Shown here in pieces: positions 1-9,164 of a stretch of 64,000 bases of DNA (the first letter of the stretch is position 1; every line of letters starts with the position of its first letter). The stretch lies in the NCBI GenBank assembly GCA_018818425.1, contig JAHISB010000002.1:2819-66818 (forward strand). The letters run 5' to 3'. A program made the translations under genes and the position numbers. Origin of the DNA: Patescibacteria group bacterium. GTDB lineage: Bacteria; Patescibacteriota; Patescibacteriia; UBA1558; UBA10009. The notes below the pieces were generated by a model. That model saw only the letters and a list, made by a program, of their open reading frames with translations, did not search any database and was not told the origin of the DNA.

Positions 1-59
1 CGCTTGAGGATTATCTTGAAATTAAAGAAAATAACATTGCCCTGCCCGATTTTGGAGTA

Positions 60-599
60 ATGGAATTAAAATCGCAGAGAATAAAGGCATCTTCAATGCT
101 AACCTTATTTACTAAAAGTCCAGATGGGATTACCAATGCTGAAATTAGGGAACGATTTGGTTATCCAGATCCTGAATACCCAAAATTGAAAATAATTCAT
201 CAAACTATTAATAATGGCAAAGACAATGCTATGGGCTTTCATTTCACCATAGATGAAAATAGCGATATGCTTTTAATCGCTAAGGGTGGTGAAACTTTTG
301 GTTATTATAGTCTTGATTTTTTAAAACAGAAAGCAGTTGAGAAAATTGGCAATGGTTTAATCCTTGTTTTAGCTGAAACAAAAAAACAAAAAGGTCACGA
401 ATTTTTTTATTATAAGGAAGCTTATATTCTTAAAGATATTGATCCTAAGAAATTTTTAGCACATTCAAAATATGATATTAGATTAGGAATTTACCATAGT
501 GGCAAGCTTGCTGGCACGCTTCATGACCATGGTTCAGCCTTTCGTATTACTCAAAAATCAATCCCTGATTTTTTTAGAATTAAAAGGAAAATACTTTAA
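60..599 (+). CDS. hypothetical protein; candidate type II restriction endonuclease partner of the adjacent methyltransferase
   Basis: 179 aa ORF with ATG at 60. Convergent with the MTase gene, and the two stop codons overlap (596-599). Possible D...ExK-like segment (IDEN...VLAETKK). AT-rich like the rest of the island. No confident family match by eye. Confidence 0.35.
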   Translation: MELKSQRIKASSMLTLFTKSPDGITNAEIRERFGYPDPEYPKLKIIHQTINNGKDNAMGFHFTIDENSDMLLIAKGGETFGYYSLDFLKQKAVEKIGNGLILVLAETKKQKGHEFFYYKEAYILKDIDPKKFLAHSKYDIRLGIYHSGKLAGTLHDHGSAFRITQKSIPDFFRIKRKIL

Positions 600-2470
600 T
601 TCTTTCTTAAAACTACAATACTCTCTTTATTCATAGTTTCTTCCAATTCACCAGCAATATTTGTCGGTGAGTTTTTTTTAGGCATTCTTTTGCCAGGAAT
701 ATTTCTGATAATTATATCTTCACAGGCCAAACCAATATTTTCTCCTAATTCTGCGATTATAAAATCGGTAGGTATCCTTACTTGTTTTACCATGCGGTTG
801 CCGATTACTAAACAGAAGTATTTATTCTTTTTTAATATTTTATGGGCTTGTTTTAAGCATTTATTTAAGTCAACGTAGAAACTAAGTACCTCCTTAGCTC
901 TTTTATCATCCTTTTTTCTAATTTGATCTATTGTTTGGTTTAAATAATCAGAATTTAGATTGTGCTTTAATTCTTTAACAGCTTTGCCGCCTAAAAGTAT
1001 ATTATCAACTTTTGAAGCCTCACTTTGATCTTTAAAAATATCAATCCATTGCGCTGAAAGCCTGGAAAATTGTCCATAGGCCACAGTTGTTCTACTGTCG
1101 CCATATGGCGGAGAAGTTAAAATAAAGTCAATAGAATTTTCTTTAATGCCATTATCTTTAGATGAGTCGCTAAAAATAATTTTAGTCCAAGTTTTTTTAT
1201 CAACATTTTTCTCAAATTCGCCCATAGCTTTAATATTGTTTTCAGTTTTCTTTTTGAATATTTCCAGAACATTAGGATTGTATTTTTCCAATACTTCTTT
1301 TTTAATTCTTACCAATTTAAACTCGCCATTCTTTGTATTAGAAGCCAGTCGTACTGTTTCACTAAATCCAACTAAAAAGAAATTCTGAATATTTTTATTT
1401 TTAATCTCTTTTATAGCTTTTTTAATTTTTGCTAATTCAATAATAACCTTATCTTTAAACCAGAAATCAATATTTAGAAATTCAGGTTTTTTAATCTGAT
1501 TTTTTTTAATTTTTCTTATCCTATCTAGTAACTTAAAATATTCATTCTGAAGTTTTGATGATGATATTTCAGTAGTTTTTGCTTTTGCTAAAAAAATTGC
1601 CAAAGGATTAAGATCTATGCCATAAGAGTTTCTGCCTAATAATCTGCTTTCTATTAGCGCTGTACCTGACCCACAGAAAATATCGCAAATTGCATCACCC
1701 TTTTTGCTGTAATTTTGTAAAAGCCGGCGTGCCACTTGTGGGATAAACATCGCCGGATATGTATGCAAACCATGCGTATATGATTTAGTTTTTTCACCGC
1801 GAAAATCCCATGAGTAGTCAATTCTGCGAGTGTATTTTTCATTGCTTGTTTTATCCTCTTCAATGTCTTTTTCTATATTTCTAATAATTTTCACCACAAC
1901 GCCCCTTACTTCAACTTCTTTTCTGTAAAAAGGAAACAAGGTAGGATTTGCCGGCTGTAGCCGAAATCTATCTTTTTCACGATATAATTTTTTTAAGGTG
2001 GCTTCATTATCATCAATTATAGCTACAACCATTTCACCATTATCAGCTGTCACTTGTTTTTTTAAAACAACAATATCACCATCAAAAATACCTTCATCAA
2101 TCATGCTGTTACCTTGGACTCTTAAAGCGTAGTGGTTGTGATAATTATGAAAATTATCTTTAGTTATGGTTATGGTTTCGTCTGGCGCTTCCACTGCTTC
2201 TATGGGCTGTCCGGCGGCAATAGTGCCAATTAGGGGAATTTCTATAGTATTATTTTGGTTTGTTTTTAGCTCTAAACCTCGTGATAGATGCTCATTTTTA
2301 ACCAAAAACCCTTTATCTATCAAAGCGTCAATATGCTGATATACCCCAGATAGGGCCTTCAGCTTAAAATACCTCTTTATTTCTTCAAAAGTAGGGGAGA
2401 TACCTTTCTTATTTATGTATTTTTTGATGTAATCGTAGATTTCCTTCTGTTTTTTAGTTAGGGTTGGCAT
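596..2470 (-). CDS. LexA-like repressor (HTH + S24 peptidase) fused to an amino (N6-adenine/N4-cytosine) DNA methyltransferase
   Basis: Continuous 624 aa ORF. N-terminal ~200 aa match LexA: winged HTH (LTKKQKEIYDYIKKYI...GISPTFEEI...HIDALIDKGFL), canonical cleavage site IAAGQPI, Ser in GNSM and Lys in ATLKKL. The C-terminal ~415 aa carry MTase motif X-I (HTYPAMFIPQVARRLL...DIFCGSGTALIE) and motif IV (ILTSPPYGD), i.e. alpha-like order with a TRD between them. ATG at 2470. Confidence 0.75.
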   Translation of the reverse strand: MPTLTKKQKEIYDYIKKYINKKGISPTFEEIKRYFKLKALSGVYQHIDALIDKGFLVKNEHLSRGLELKTNQNNTIEIPLIGTIAAGQPIEAVEAPDETITITKDNFHNYHNHYALRVQGNSMIDEGIFDGDIVVLKKQVTADNGEMVVAIIDDNEATLKKLYREKDRFRLQPANPTLFPFYRKEVEVRGVVVKIIRNIEKDIEEDKTSNEKYTRRIDYSWDFRGEKTKSYTHGLHTYPAMFIPQVARRLLQNYSKKGDAICDIFCGSGTALIESRLLGRNSYGIDLNPLAIFLAKAKTTEISSSKLQNEYFKLLDRIRKIKKNQIKKPEFLNIDFWFKDKVIIELAKIKKAIKEIKNKNIQNFFLVGFSETVRLASNTKNGEFKLVRIKKEVLEKYNPNVLEIFKKKTENNIKAMGEFEKNVDKKTWTKIIFSDSSKDNGIKENSIDFILTSPPYGDSRTTVAYGQFSRLSAQWIDIFKDQSEASKVDNILLGGKAVKELKHNLNSDYLNQTIDQIRKKDDKRAKEVLSFYVDLNKCLKQAHKILKKNKYFCLVIGNRMVKQVRIPTDFIIAELGENIGLACEDIIIRNIPGKRMPKKNSPTNIAGELEETMNKESIVVLRKN

Positions 2471-2477
2471 AAATGAT

Positions 2478-2505
2478 TTGACTTATTCTTTAAATAATTT
2501 ATACT
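2478..2505 (+). promoter_or_regulatory. sigma70-like promoter candidate (TTGACT-16-TATACT) upstream of the 2624 ORF
   Basis: -35 TTGACT at 2478-2483, 16 nt spacer, -10 TATACT at 2500-2505. It also lies in the upstream region of the divergent lexA-MTase gene. Confidence 0.3.
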
Positions 2506-2623
2506 ACTTATCAGTATACCGAAAATTTACTGAATTTTAAATAGGGGTTATCCACATTTAATAATCAAAATGATAGCAAAAATTTATGTCGGGAATATCA
2601 AATAGAGAGAGATTGAAAAAAAT

Positions 2624-3130
2624 ATGAATAAGAAATCATCGTCCAATGCTAAAAAAATACGAACAGCAAGACTTTCAGTATCTGTTGCAATTCAAGAAGC
2701 TCTAGAAGTTGGCAAAATATTAAAAAAACTTGGAGAAATTTTTGATACTCATCATGAAACTAATCTTAGTAAAATTAAGAATTGTAAAGCTCCTAGCAGT
2801 GAAATAAATATTTGTTTATCCGGCTATGAGCTTGGCCGAATTAATGGAGCTTTGCGTGATTATATAACACTAAGAATAGCAAATATTGTTGATTCACATC
2901 CGGCTTCTTTATCGTTAAAGGCATTTGATAATATAAATTTAGATAGTATTAGTAAGATTCCGCAAATAAAACAAATTTTGGATGCTAGAAATAATTGGAT
3001 CGGACATATTAATCCTAGATTTATTGGACCTGTTAATAAAGATATTTTGTACAGTAAGGAAGTTGTTAGTTTGCTTGAAACTCTTCAAATGTTAATATGT
3101 ACAGGTGCTATAAAGGAAAGAAAGAAGTAA
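2624..3130 (+). CDS. hypothetical protein, possible HEPN-domain protein
   Basis: 168 aa ORF. Contains an Rx4-6H-type motif (ARNNWIGH) in the C-terminal half. Sits in the defence island between the RM pair and HicB. Assignment is weak. Confidence 0.3.
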   Translation: MNKKSSSNAKKIRTARLSVSVAIQEALEVGKILKKLGEIFDTHHETNLSKIKNCKAPSSEINICLSGYELGRINGALRDYITLRIANIVDSHPASLSLKAFDNINLDSISKIPQIKQILDARNNWIGHINPRFIGPVNKDILYSKEVVSLLETLQMLICTGAIKERKK

Positions 3131-3241
3131 AAAATTTGCCGTTTTTGGAAATCTGTTTAGATTTCTTCGTATAACCTCTGCCAAAAAAACGCATTGACAT
3201 TATCAATTAATTGAAGTAATCTAAAATAGATAAGCAATATT

Positions 3242-3436
3242 ATGAAGTTATTAATTAATCTACAATACGATTTTGAATACCAGGGCTATGTTGCTGATTG
3301 CCTTTCTTTGCCAGGATGTATGTCTCAAGGGAAAACCGGAAACGAGGCCTTGAAAAATATCAAGGAAGCCATTAGCGGCTATGTAAAAGTTCTCAAGAAG
3401 AATCATCAAACTGCCCCTCCCATGGTTACAGATTGA
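3242..3436 (+). CDS. HicB-like antitoxin (UPF0150 family), apparently orphan
   Basis: 64 aa. YVADCLSLPGCMSQGKTGNEALKNIKEAISGY matches the HicB/UPF0150 consensus (YxAxxPxLPGCxSQGxTxEEALxNxKEAI). No HicA-sized ORF found on either side. Confidence 0.65.
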   Translation: MKLLINLQYDFEYQGYVADCLSLPGCMSQGKTGNEALKNIKEAISGYVKVLKKNHQTAPPMVTD

Positions 3437-3452
3437 GAGTAAAATAAAAATC

Positions 3453-3480
3453 AGGCATTATTGCCTATTTTTTGTTTATT
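3453..3480 (+). terminator. weak rho-independent terminator candidate
   Basis: AGGCA-TTATT-TGCCT hairpin (5 bp stem) followed by ATTTTTTGTTTATT. Confidence 0.3.
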
Positions 3481-3544
3481 TGCCTTTTGAATAAAAAAAT
3501 GATAAGGTGAAGTCAAAATTAATAATCTAATTAATCTCAAATCT

Positions 3545-4237
3545 ATGCAAGGTAAAATTCAAATTGTAGGAGGATTTATTATTGTTTTTCTGTTAGGGTT
3601 AGTTTTGGGAGGGGCAGCCGGCTTTTATTTTCAAGACAGCAGTCAAAAGTCAGCCGGCAATCAGAAAAGCGAGGTTATAGCGGAATCAGCGGCAGAAAAC
3701 AGCGCCCAATCTGTTTTGCCACAAGAAATTATCGCCAAGCAGCAGCCGGCCGTTACTACTGCCACCACTACGGAAAATATTTTGGCCAACGATTATTTTG
3801 CTTTACAGTATCCTCTGGAATGGGAGCAATCGCAGGCGCCCGAAGGCATTTCCGCCATTATTGTGAACAACCAGGAAGAAATTACCAACCCCGAAGCCCA
3901 AAAAATAAATTTCCGCACTTATTTTTCGGTTATTTACGATTCTCTGCAGGGCAGGGGGCTGGAAGATTTTGTTAATAACTATAAGGCAGAAATCACAAGA
4001 GCTTTTCCCGACGCTTCTTTTGTCAGCGAGGTAGTAAATCAGGTTAATAATCAGCCAGCTTATTTTTTAGAAGTCCAGCTAGACGACCATGATCTGTCTT
4101 TAAAAGTTTTCTTTGCTTTAATCCAGGGTCAGGAAGACGATATGTGGATTCTGACTTTTAACACCCAGGAGAGCAATTGGAGCTTATATCAAGAAATTTT
4201 TTCCCAGATTGTCAATTCTTTTGAGCTAAAAGGCTGA
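3545..4237 (+). CDS. membrane-anchored hypothetical protein
   Basis: 230 aa. N-terminal TM (IVGGFIIVFLLGLVLGGAAGFYF) followed by a Q/A/T-rich linker and a globular domain. No family recognised. Confidence 0.55.
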   Translation: MQGKIQIVGGFIIVFLLGLVLGGAAGFYFQDSSQKSAGNQKSEVIAESAAENSAQSVLPQEIIAKQQPAVTTATTTENILANDYFALQYPLEWEQSQAPEGISAIIVNNQEEITNPEAQKINFRTYFSVIYDSLQGRGLEDFVNNYKAEITRAFPDASFVSEVVNQVNNQPAYFLEVQLDDHDLSLKVFFALIQGQEDDMWILTFNTQESNWSLYQEIFSQIVNSFELKG

Positions 4238-4244
4238 TAGCTTT

Positions 4245-4994
4245 ATGTTATACCAGAGAACTAGAAATAAATTTGATCCCCAATCCAAACAGCCCTTTAA
4301 ACTGTCGCGCAGCAAGCTGGAGTTGTTTTTGGAATGCCCCAGATGTTTTTATTTAGATAGAAGACTAGGTGTAAATAAACCGCCTGGCTTTCCTTTTACG
4401 TTAAACAGCGCAGTTGATGCCTTGCTTAAAAAAGAATTTGATATTCACCGCGCTAAAGGCCAGCCCCATCCTTTAATGAAGCATTATAAAATTAAAGCGG
4501 TGCCGTTTACTCATGACGACTTAAATAAATGGCGGGAGAATTTTGTGGGCGTCCAGCACCATCATCTTAAAACCAATTTAATTATTTTTGGCGCGATTGA
4601 CGATGTTTGGATAAATGATAAAGATGAATTGATGGTGGTGGATTATAAAGCAACCAGCACCAGCAGTAGCATATCGTTAGATGACGAGTATCGGCAGGTT
4701 TTTAAGAGGCAGATGGAAATTTACCAGTGGCTGCTGCGCCGGAATAATCATCAGGTTTCTGATACTGGCTATTTTGTTTACTGCAACGGCCGCCGGGATA
4801 AACAAGCTTTCGACAGTAAGCTGGAGTTTGATGTGGAAATTATCTCTTACCAAGGCAGCGATAAGTGGGTGGAACAGACAATTCTTGATGCCCATGCTTG
4901 CTTAAAGTCAGATGACCTGCCAGAACCGGATGCAGATTGTGATTATTGCAATTACCGCCGGGCCGTCAAGGAGGTTATCAAAAATTTTAAATAG
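4245..4994 (+). CDS. PD-(D/E)xK nuclease, Cas4/RecB-like with Cys cluster (standalone)
   Basis: 249 aa. N-terminal Cys (LFLECPRCFYLD) and C-terminal Cys triad (CLKSD...DCDYCNY) typical of Cas4/AddB-type 4Fe-4S nucleases. DYK motif (MVVDYKATS). No CRISPR array or cas genes nearby. Confidence 0.6.
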   Translation: MLYQRTRNKFDPQSKQPFKLSRSKLELFLECPRCFYLDRRLGVNKPPGFPFTLNSAVDALLKKEFDIHRAKGQPHPLMKHYKIKAVPFTHDDLNKWRENFVGVQHHHLKTNLIIFGAIDDVWINDKDELMVVDYKATSTSSSISLDDEYRQVFKRQMEIYQWLLRRNNHQVSDTGYFVYCNGRRDKQAFDSKLEFDVEIISYQGSDKWVEQTILDAHACLKSDDLPEPDADCDYCNYRRAVKEVIKNFK

Positions 4995-4996
4995 TT

Positions 4997-6352
4997 ATGA
5001 ATTTAAGCTCCAGCAAAAAAACCATTCTTTACGATCAAAACGCCATTTATTACGGCTTCTCTATAGAAAAACTGATGGAAAGGGCGGGCCAGGGCATTGC
5101 TAAAATCATTTTAAAAAAATATGGCCGCCATAAAAAAATTGGCTTTTTTTGCGGCCCGGGCAATAACGGCGGCGACGGCTTTGCGGCTGCCAGGCATTTG
5201 TCAGCCAGCTGCCGGCCGGAGGTTTATTTAATTCCTTCAGCCGAAAAAATCAGAACCAAGGAGTCACAAAAAAATTGGAAATTGTTCAAGGGTCAAAAAC
5301 AGGATAATGTTAAAGCCAAAGATATTCCTGATAATTTTGATGCGGTTGTTGAGTGTTTGTTCGGCGCCGGCCTTTCCGGAAAGGTTAAAGAACCCTATGC
5401 CTTGGTCATCAAAAAATTGAATCAGCTTAAAGGCAAAAAAGTAACTATAGATCTGCCGGCGCCCGGCTTTAAGCCCCAGCTCTGCATCTCTTTAATGTTC
5501 CCTAAAAGCCCTCAAGCCGAGGCGGTGGATATTGGCTACCCTAAATGGCTGGCAGAAAAAATCGGCGTCGGCCAGATAAAAGTTTTGCATCGGCCACTGC
5601 CCGATTCTCACAAGGGCGACAACGGCAAATTATTGATAATCGGCGGCAGCAGGCAGTATCATGGCGCGCCGCTTTTAGCCGCCAAGGTTGCCAGTAAGAT
5701 TGTCGATCTGGTCTATTTTTCATCAATTCCGGAAAACAATGAATTAATTAAAAAAATGAAGTCAAAACTGTGTGAATTTATGGCTGTGCCGCGCGAGTCA
5801 GTGCTCAATCAAGCCGGCAAGGTTGATGCCGTTTTAATTGGACCGGGCTTGGGAGTCAGTCAGGAGTCAAAAGCCTTAGTCAACAATCTTTTAAAAAAAT
5901 ATCCGAAGAAAAAGTTTATTCTGGATGCAGATAGCTTAAGGGTCGTCGATAAAAAACTGCTCAACAAGAATTGTCTTGTCACCCCGCATCATCAGGAATT
6001 TAAAATATTATTCGGCCAATCAGCCTCAAAGCAATCAATCAGGCAAATGTCCAAAAAATATGGCTGCGTCATCGTCCTCAAAGGCCAAACAGATTTTGTA
6101 GCCAGTCCTCAAGAATTCAAAATTAACGAAACCGGCAATGCCGGTATGACCAAAGGCGGAACAGGCGATGTGCTGGCCGGGCTGATTGCCTCATTTGCCT
6201 GTAAAAATGATCTGTTTTTAGCTGCCTGCGCCGGGGTGTTTATCAACGGCCTGGCCGGCGATCGTTTATATAATAAAGTTGGTAATATTTATAATGCCTC
6301 CGACCTCATTAAAGAGATCCCTTTAGCCGTCAAATGGTCGCTTGACTTCTAA
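4997..6352 (+). CDS. nnr: bifunctional NAD(P)H-hydrate repair enzyme Nnr (epimerase + ADP-dependent dehydratase)
   Basis: 451 aa. YjeF-N motif GFFCGPGNNGGDGFAAARHL. C-terminal carbohydrate-kinase-like domain (LLIIGGSRQYHGAPLLAAKVA, GPGLG, GTGDVLAGLIA). Confidence 0.85.
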   Translation: MNLSSSKKTILYDQNAIYYGFSIEKLMERAGQGIAKIILKKYGRHKKIGFFCGPGNNGGDGFAAARHLSASCRPEVYLIPSAEKIRTKESQKNWKLFKGQKQDNVKAKDIPDNFDAVVECLFGAGLSGKVKEPYALVIKKLNQLKGKKVTIDLPAPGFKPQLCISLMFPKSPQAEAVDIGYPKWLAEKIGVGQIKVLHRPLPDSHKGDNGKLLIIGGSRQYHGAPLLAAKVASKIVDLVYFSSIPENNELIKKMKSKLCEFMAVPRESVLNQAGKVDAVLIGPGLGVSQESKALVNNLLKKYPKKKFILDADSLRVVDKKLLNKNCLVTPHHQEFKILFGQSASKQSIRQMSKKYGCVIVLKGQTDFVASPQEFKINETGNAGMTKGGTGDVLAGLIASFACKNDLFLAACAGVFINGLAGDRLYNKVGNIYNASDLIKEIPLAVKWSLDF

Positions 6353-6418
6353 AAAATAGGTGCTAAAATAGCCAATCGTTCATTGAAATAGTCAATCATC
6401 AAGAAAATAGAGGAGGGC

Positions 6419-6817
6419 ATGGTGTCAACAATCCTAATGCCAATACTAACAGTACTAATAGTACTGACCTTGCTCTGGAACAGCTTGCGCTACAGCTATT
6501 ATCTGCTGGCCGTTGAGGGAAATGAGTTAATAGTGAAACGGCATAAGAAAACTTTGTATGTAATCTGGCTGCCTTATTTGTTGTTGCTGTTTCTGATAAT
6601 CCCTGGTTTTCCAGACCTGGCAAAGCACTTAACCAACGCTATTTTGTTCATTGGTTTAATTGTGGTGATGATATATAATGTCGTCCGTAAAATTGACAGC
6701 CAGAGAGAATCCAGAAACAAGAACATCATCTGGAAATTTAAAGTGGCTTATTGCCTGGCTTTAACTTTAGCATGGTTTGCTTTGAAAGTTATCAATTATT
6801 TCCAAATCAAAAACTGA
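6419..6817 (+). CDS. hypothetical membrane protein
   Basis: 132 aa, 3-4 predicted TM segments. Good RBS (AGGAGGG) before ATG 6419. Confidence 0.5.
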   Translation: MVSTILMPILTVLIVLTLLWNSLRYSYYLLAVEGNELIVKRHKKTLYVIWLPYLLLLFLIIPGFPDLAKHLTNAILFIGLIVVMIYNVVRKIDSQRESRNKNIIWKFKVAYCLALTLAWFALKVINYFQIKN

Positions 6818-6839
6818 AAGGAAATAATGGGAGGTAAAG

Positions 6840-7364
6840 ATGACACCTCATTTTATGAACGGCAGGTCAGTTATCTTTGTCCGGGCGCAAAGATTCAAAG
6901 AGCAGGAGATTTCGGCCGGCGAGATGGGCACAATTGTTGGACCAGCACGTAGGAGCTGGAGAGTGTTTTTGCCGCAAAGGAACCTGTCTCTATCGGTCGG
7001 GGACTCTGAAATCGTAATACTCTCCAGGCAAGTTCAAAAAATGTTAGAAGAAATCATCAAATTTTGCGGGAAAGCTTCAAGGACGCTTTCTAACGAGGAA
7101 CTGGTAATAATTGTTCAGCTCTTGGAAGCTGCTTATAATTCCCCTAAAGAAGATGGCATTGTTTTTACCGAGGGAATACCCCCAGAATTGATAGGCCTTC
7201 TCTTAAAAGTAAGGTTGAGAAGCGGTAAGATGCTTTGTAGGCCTGTTCGTTCGAGGAGAAAAAGACCAGTTGATAGTTTGATATTCCCAATTTTTATAGA
7301 GGGAAAAAATTTTCTGTTTGATCCATCAATTCTGGAACAGGATGAGATTGACGGGGAATATTAA
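6840..7364 (+). CDS. hypothetical protein
   Basis: 174 aa ORF. RBS GGGAGG upstream. No recognisable domain. Confidence 0.5.
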   Translation: MTPHFMNGRSVIFVRAQRFKEQEISAGEMGTIVGPARRSWRVFLPQRNLSLSVGDSEIVILSRQVQKMLEEIIKFCGKASRTLSNEELVIIVQLLEAAYNSPKEDGIVFTEGIPPELIGLLLKVRLRSGKMLCRPVRSRRKRPVDSLIFPIFIEGKNFLFDPSILEQDEIDGEY

Positions 7365-7523
7365 TGCGGCGTCTCTTTAAAGGGGCGCTTTTTTATATAT
7401 TGCCAATGGCGCATACCGCGTGTCGTTCGTCAAAATCTCCAAAACTCAATGGAGACCCTGTCTTTACTTCTTTTTAAATGCTATACTTAAAATAGAGTTA
7501 TCAACAATTAACCTATTTTGTCT

Positions 7524-7730
7524 ATGAAAAAAACATGTTGGTGCGGGGCTATTGCCTCGATTTTAATCATTGTTTTTACGTGGTTTTGGATCCCCAGCTG
7601 GGCTAGTATTGCCGTAACAGTGCTGGCTATTATCCTTTTGTTAGGAAGCTTATTCGGCTGCCAGTGCGGCAAAAAATGTTGTGTTAAGAATTCTGACGGA
7701 ACACCATCTCAAGCGCCCCCGGCCGCTTAA
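7524..7730 (+). CDS. small Cys-rich membrane protein (hypothetical)
   Basis: Track ORF starts at TTG 7518; first ATG is at 7524. Two TM helices then CQCGKKCCVKN. Confidence 0.4.
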   Translation: MKKTCWCGAIASILIIVFTWFWIPSWASIAVTVLAIILLLGSLFGCQCGKKCCVKNSDGTPSQAPPAA

Positions 7731-7808
7731 TTTTTTTTGGAAATAAATCCCTGTTCTAAAGTAGGAGCGGGGCTTTATTTTTGGCTAAAAATAAATTATA
7801 ATTTAACT

Positions 7809-9158
7809 ATGGCTAGTCAATCCAAGAACAAAAAAATTTGGCTGGTGACTGTGGATATGGGTTATGGTCATCAGCGGGCTACTTATCCTTTAAAGCACTT
7901 AGCTTACCGGGGATTAATCAGCGCCAATAACTATCAGGGTATTCCGTCTAAAGACAGGAAAGTTTGGCACGAACAGCGGAAATTTTACGAAGCGGTCTGC
8001 CGGTTTAAAAAAGTTCCGCTGGTCGGCAATTTAGCTTTTGAAGTTTTTGATCTTTTTCAGAGGATCCCTGAATTTTATCCCAAAAGAGATCTTTCGGGCA
8101 AAAGCATCCAGGTAATTTCTTCATTTAGATTAATTAAAGAAAAAAGCTTAGGCGAGCATTTAATTAATTTATTAAAAAAGAGGCCTCAATATCCATTGCT
8201 GACTTCATTTTTTTTAACTGCCTTTATGGCAGAAATTTTTAATTATCCCGGCGAAATTTATTGCATTATTTGCGATGCCGATATCAGCCGGGCCTGGGTT
8301 TCGGCCCTGCCTAAAAACAGCAAAATTAAATATTTTGCCCCCTGCCAGCGAGTGGTGGAAAGACTAAAACTTTACGGCGTGGCCGAAGACAGAATATTTT
8401 TAACCGGCTTTCCTCTGCCCAAAGAAAATATTGGCTCGGAACGGCTGCCCGTTCTTAAACAGGATTTAAAAAACAGGTTGGTTAATTTAGACCCCCAACG
8501 TTTATATTTGTCTAAGTATAAAGATACCCTTTGCAAGAATTTGTCTATTAAAAACTTTCCTAAAAAAGCTAATCATCCTTTAACCATAACTTTTGCGGTA
8601 GGCGGCGCCGGCGCTCAAAGAGAAATTGGCGCCCAGATTATTAAAGGTTTAAGTCAGGTGATTATTAAAAAACAAATAAGAATCAATCTCATTGCCGGCG
8701 TTCATCGCGATGTTAATAAATATTTTAAAGAGCAGATTCAAAAATTAAAGCTCCAAAGCCATTTAAATAAAGAAATCAGGATTTTATTCACTCAAAGTAA
8801 AATGGAATATTTTCAAAAGTTTAATGAGTGGCTAAGGACAACGGATATTTTATGGACCAAGCCGTCGGAACTTTCTTTTTACAGCGGTTTAGGCCTGCCT
8901 ATTGTGATGTCGCCGCCGATTGGCTCTCAAGAAGATTTTAATCGTAAATATTTAATTAATTTGGGCGCCGGCTTAGACCAGGAAGACCTAAAATATGTAG
9001 ATGAGTGGCTTTTTGATTGGATAAATTCCGGCCGCCTAGCCGAAGCTGCGGCCCAAGGTTTTTTGGAAGCCCCAAAGCTGGGAACGTTTAACATCGAAAA
9101 AATTTTGACTAAACGGACCATTAAAACCCGGGGAGTCAAGACGATTTCGCCGTATTAG
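7809..9158 (+). CDS. GT-B glycosyltransferase, MGDG synthase/UgtP (GT28)-like
   Basis: Track ORF begins at TTG 7737, overlapping the previous gene. In-frame ATG at 7809 gives MASQSKNKKIWLVTVDMGYGHQRA, the G-rich N-terminal motif of the MGDG-synthase family. C-terminal GT-B half (GLGLPIVMSPPIGSQEDFNRKYL). Confidence 0.5.
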   Translation: MASQSKNKKIWLVTVDMGYGHQRATYPLKHLAYRGLISANNYQGIPSKDRKVWHEQRKFYEAVCRFKKVPLVGNLAFEVFDLFQRIPEFYPKRDLSGKSIQVISSFRLIKEKSLGEHLINLLKKRPQYPLLTSFFLTAFMAEIFNYPGEIYCIICDADISRAWVSALPKNSKIKYFAPCQRVVERLKLYGVAEDRIFLTGFPLPKENIGSERLPVLKQDLKNRLVNLDPQRLYLSKYKDTLCKNLSIKNFPKKANHPLTITFAVGGAGAQREIGAQIIKGLSQVIIKKQIRINLIAGVHRDVNKYFKEQIQKLKLQSHLNKEIRILFTQSKMEYFQKFNEWLRTTDILWTKPSELSFYSGLGLPIVMSPPIGSQEDFNRKYLINLGAGLDQEDLKYVDEWLFDWINSGRLAEAAAQGFLEAPKLGTFNIEKILTKRTIKTRGVKTISPY

Positions 9159-9164
9159 TCGTGC

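Noticed and set aside
3131-3241. hicA partner gene or promoter upstream of hicB
   Set aside because: No ORF of HicA size on either strand. Candidate -35/-10 hexamers have poor spacing or match.
7365-7400. Terminator after the 6840-7364 gene (gcggcgtctctttaaaggggcgcttttttat)
   Set aside because: T-run is present but the proposed stem arms are poorly complementary. Too weak to call.
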